Origin: Candidatus Eiseniibacteriota bacterium
GTDB lineage: Bacteria; Eisenbacteria; RBG-16-71-46
NCBI GenBank assembly: GCA_031364845.1
Contig: JANLWX010000072.1
Location: 1-27,353, forward strand
Direction of reading: 5' to 3'
DNA length: 27,353 bases
Made by a program: the position numbers and the translations under genes. Below, one piece after another: positions 24,701 to 27,353 of this stretch. A model generated the notes under the pieces. It did no database searches. It was not told where the DNA came from and was given only the letters and a program-made list of their open reading frames with translations. The first letter of the stretch is position 1; each line of letters starts with the position of its first letter.

Positions 24701-26854
24701 CTACACCCCGTACTCCGGCGCCGGCTTGCCCATCAGCCAGTGATCGAACCACCTCAGCACATGCTCCTGATTCTGAACCCGCCGTGACGGCGTGCCGCTG
24801 CGTGTCAGCTCGTGGTTCTCGCCCGGGAATCGCACCATCACGACCGGCTTCTTCAGCGACTTGAGTGCCCGGAACATCGCCTCACCCTGGCCGATCGGCG
24901 TGCGCCAGTCCTCCTCGCTGTGGATCACCATCAGCGGCGTCTCAATCTTCGCCGCGAGGTACACCGGCGAGCGGTCGATGTATTCCTGCGGGCAATCGAA
25001 CGGCGAGTGGCGGAACCAGTTCGGCTGGAACATCGCGAAGTCGCAGCTGAACCACATCGAGGCCCAGTCCGACACGCAGCGCTGCGTGATGGCGGCAGCG
25101 AACCGATTAGTGTGCGCGATCGCCCAGTTCGTGAGCAGCCCGCCGCCGCTGCCGCCGGTCACACCCATGCGGGTTTCATCGATGTATCCGCGCGCGACGA
25201 CGTGATCGACGGCGGTCATCAGATCGTGATGGTCATCGCCGGGATACGCGTACTGGATGATGTTGCCGAACGTGTCGCCATAGGTCGTGCTGCCGCGCGG
25301 ATTGACGTACAGCACGACGTAGCCGGCGGCGGCCTGCACGCGGTACTCGTGAAAGAACCCGACGCCGTAGGCGACGTGCGGGCCGCCGTGGATCTGGAGG
25401 ATCAACGGATACTTCCGCGATGGATCGAAGTCCCTGGGCTTGACGATCCAGCCCTGGATCTTCGTGTGGTCCTTCGCCTCGCACCAGAACTCCTCGACTT
25501 CGCCGAGGCCGCGCTCGTCGAGCAGCGACTGATTGGGCGACCACAGCGTGACGAGCCCGCGATCGGCATCGTAGAGGCACAGATCGCCGGGCCGCGTGAC
25601 GTCGCCGACCGTGAGGGCGAACCGGCGCGCATCGGGCGTGGCGCTGCCCGTCACGATTTCGTGCGCGGCATCGGTGAGTTCGGTCACGGCACCGCTCGCG
25701 CAGTCGATCTTCGCGAGCCGCCCCGAGCCGTACCTGAGCATCACGCCGTAGACCGCGCGTCCGTCGGCGGAGAACGCGAGCGGCTTGGCGCCGCCGCCGC
25801 GCGGCGGGTGCATGTCGCCCGCGATGTCGTCGCTGCCGAAGTCGAAGTCCGCGCGCTCCGTCACGACGCGGGCGCCCGTGCGCGGCCAGGGTCCTTCGAA
25901 CAGCATGAGATGGCTGCGGTAGTACGAGCGCATCTGATCGCGCAGACCGCCGACCGCGGCGATGCGTCCGTCTTTCGACTCCGTGAACGCCACGATCGGA
26001 CCCTTGATGTCGGCGACCACCTGGAAACAATCGCCGTCGCTCGGCGTTTTGAGATCGGGAGCGATGGCGAACAGATCCGAGTCCTCGAGCCCGTGCCAGG
26101 GCTCGGCGCGGCGATCCGAAAGGAACAGGATCCACTTGCCGTCGAGCGACCAGCGTGGCGACGATTCGGCGAAGGCGCCCGTGGTCAGCTGCCGCGGCGC
26201 ACCGGGCACAGGCGTTGCGAAAACGGCGGGAGCGGACCCCGCGATTTCGGCGGCCGGACCCGGATCGGGCGCGGGTGCGGCGATCGCGGGTGGCGTTCCG
26301 GCGCGCGCCGCTTCGCGCGCGGCCGCGACCTCCAGCACCCACACGTGGTCCAGGTGATCGAAGTCGGTGAACGTGTCGTTGTTCCAGCGGAACTCGGCGC
26401 GCGTGACGACGCGGCCCGGTTCGTTCTTCGGCTTCTTCGGCTCGGGCGAATCCTTCGCCGGATTCGTCCCGCTCAGAAACGCGAGCCGCGCCCCATCGGG
26501 CGACCACGCGGGCGCCGATGCGCCCCCCGCGAGTGTGGTCAGCTTCTCCGCTTCTCCTCCGCCCAACGGGAGCACGTGAATCTGTCCCGGTTTGCCGGCT
26601 TCCGCGGCGCGCACGAACGCGAGCTGGGTTCCGTCCGGCGACCAGCGCGGCTGCGAATCACGCGGACCCGCGGTCAGCGGGCGCGGCGTGCCCGCGGCGG
26701 CACCGTCCGCGTTCAACTCGCACAGCCAGATCGCGGTGCGATACGAATCGTCCGCCTGATCCACCGAGACGTGCGTGAACGCGATGCGGCGTCCGTCGGG
26801 AGCGATCTGAGGGTCCGCGATCCACACGAAACGCAGGATGTCGTCGGCGCGCAT
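24701..26854 (-). CDS. S9 family serine peptidase (acylaminoacyl/dipeptidyl peptidase-like) with PD40-type propeller
   Basis: PRWSPDG repeats, IHGGPH, VNPRGS, GGSGGG (Ser), EDWRTP (Asp) and ENHEL (His); GGGAG 7 nt before ATG 26854. Confidence 0.95.
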   Translation of the reverse strand: MRADDILRFVWIADPQIAPDGRRIAFTHVSVDQADDSYRTAIWLCELNADGAAAGTPRPLTAGPRDSQPRWSPDGTQLAFVRAAEAGKPGQIHVLPLGGGEAEKLTTLAGGASAPAWSPDGARLAFLSGTNPAKDSPEPKKPKNEPGRVVTRAEFRWNNDTFTDFDHLDHVWVLEVAAAREAARAGTPPAIAAPAPDPGPAAEIAGSAPAVFATPVPGAPRQLTTGAFAESSPRWSLDGKWILFLSDRRAEPWHGLEDSDLFAIAPDLKTPSDGDCFQVVADIKGPIVAFTESKDGRIAAVGGLRDQMRSYYRSHLMLFEGPWPRTGARVVTERADFDFGSDDIAGDMHPPRGGGAKPLAFSADGRAVYGVMLRYGSGRLAKIDCASGAVTELTDAAHEIVTGSATPDARRFALTVGDVTRPGDLCLYDADRGLVTLWSPNQSLLDERGLGEVEEFWCEAKDHTKIQGWIVKPRDFDPSRKYPLILQIHGGPHVAYGVGFFHEYRVQAAAGYVVLYVNPRGSTTYGDTFGNIIQYAYPGDDHHDLMTAVDHVVARGYIDETRMGVTGGSGGGLLTNWAIAHTNRFAAAITQRCVSDWASMWFSCDFAMFQPNWFRHSPFDCPQEYIDRSPVYLAAKIETPLMVIHSEEDWRTPIGQGEAMFRALKSLKKPVVMVRFPGENHELTRSGTPSRRVQNQEHVLRWFDHWLMGKPAPEYGV

Positions 26855-26988
26855 TCGGGCACTCCCGGGGCGGTATTGGAAGGAAATCGATTCTGGCCGC
26901 GCACGATGTGGCCGCGGGCGCGTGGACAGAAAAATTAGGAGCGCGGCCCCCATGAGGTCAAACGCCGCGCGCGCGTATACTGCGCGCC

Positions 26989-27353
26989 ATGCCCGCACCG
27001 GCCTTCACACTCGCGACCCTGATCCTGCTCACTTCATGGGCAGGTGCCGCATGGTCCGCGGTCCCCGGCATCGGCGAAGCGATCGGCGAGCGCATCGTCC
27101 GGTTCCACGCGGACTCGCAATCGCGCGCAGCGGCACTGCCTTCGATCGCACTGCAGCGACCGTTTCCCGCAACCGGGCCGGTGCCCGCGCACTTCGCGAC
27201 CGTCCCCGAATTCGCATCGCAGGGCGGCGTTCAAACCGTGCGTATCGCGATTGCGCGCGGCACGTCGCTCTACGGCACCGGCATGGTGGGCGGGCCGCTG
27301 CTGCGCAACGGACGCGTCGTCACGTGCTGGAACCTGGACGCGTACGGCTACGG
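26989..27353 (+). CDS. Probable secreted GH31 alpha-glucosidase, 5' part only
   Basis: Translated by hand: MPAPAFTLATLILLTSWAGAAWSA signal peptide ... GTSLYGTGMVGGPLLRNGRVVTCWNLDAYGY, matching the GH31 N-terminal YGxG...L.R.G....WNxD motif. Open to the window edge; the catalytic domain is not visible. Confidence 0.75.
   Translation, partial: MPAPAFTLATLILLTSWAGAAWSAVPGIGEAIGERIVRFHADSQSRAAALPSIALQRPFPATGPVPAHFATVPEFASQGGVQTVRIAIARGTSLYGTGMVGGPLLRNGRVVTCWNLDAYGY

Noticed and set aside
201..27234. Many long antisense or alternate-frame ORFs (e.g. 24812-26938, 16835-18946, 6165-7817, 11970-13340)
   Set aside because: Shadow ORFs expected in high-GC DNA; they overlap well-supported genes and show no family motifs.

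Overview
GC-rich bacterial chromosomal window, mostly housekeeping and peptide/carbohydrate-scavenging genes. In order: an RND efflux pair (MdtA/MdtBC-like, permease cut by the window edge), a degenerate CPBP membrane protein, cold-shock gene 1 with a small basic partner ORF, a stand-alone FabH-like condensing enzyme, a sigma54-type promoter driving a structured leader and small ORF, a VOC protein, argJ, an old yellow enzyme, msrA, Xaa-Pro aminopeptidase, an unlisted 45-aa membrane ORF, cold-shock gene 2, GTP-PEPCK, an OPT transporter, an orphan multi-pass membrane protein, a POT transporter, a GNEPFW lipoprotein, a DUF222-like/HNH protein with a RuvA-CTD-like tail, malQ, an OmpA-family protein with five Ca-binding repeats, an S9 peptidase and the start of a probable GH31 glycosidase. 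No CRISPR array, tRNA, rRNA or transposase was seen. The strongest leads are: (1) the HNH gene bounded by a 13/14 direct repeat, a possible transposase-free selfish element; (2) a ~180-nt leader conserved between the two csp paralogs that contains a terminator-like hairpin; (3) the sigma54 unit; (4) several apparently leaderless genes, including a uORF overlapping the malQ start. All calls come from reading motifs by eye; no searches or folding programs were run.
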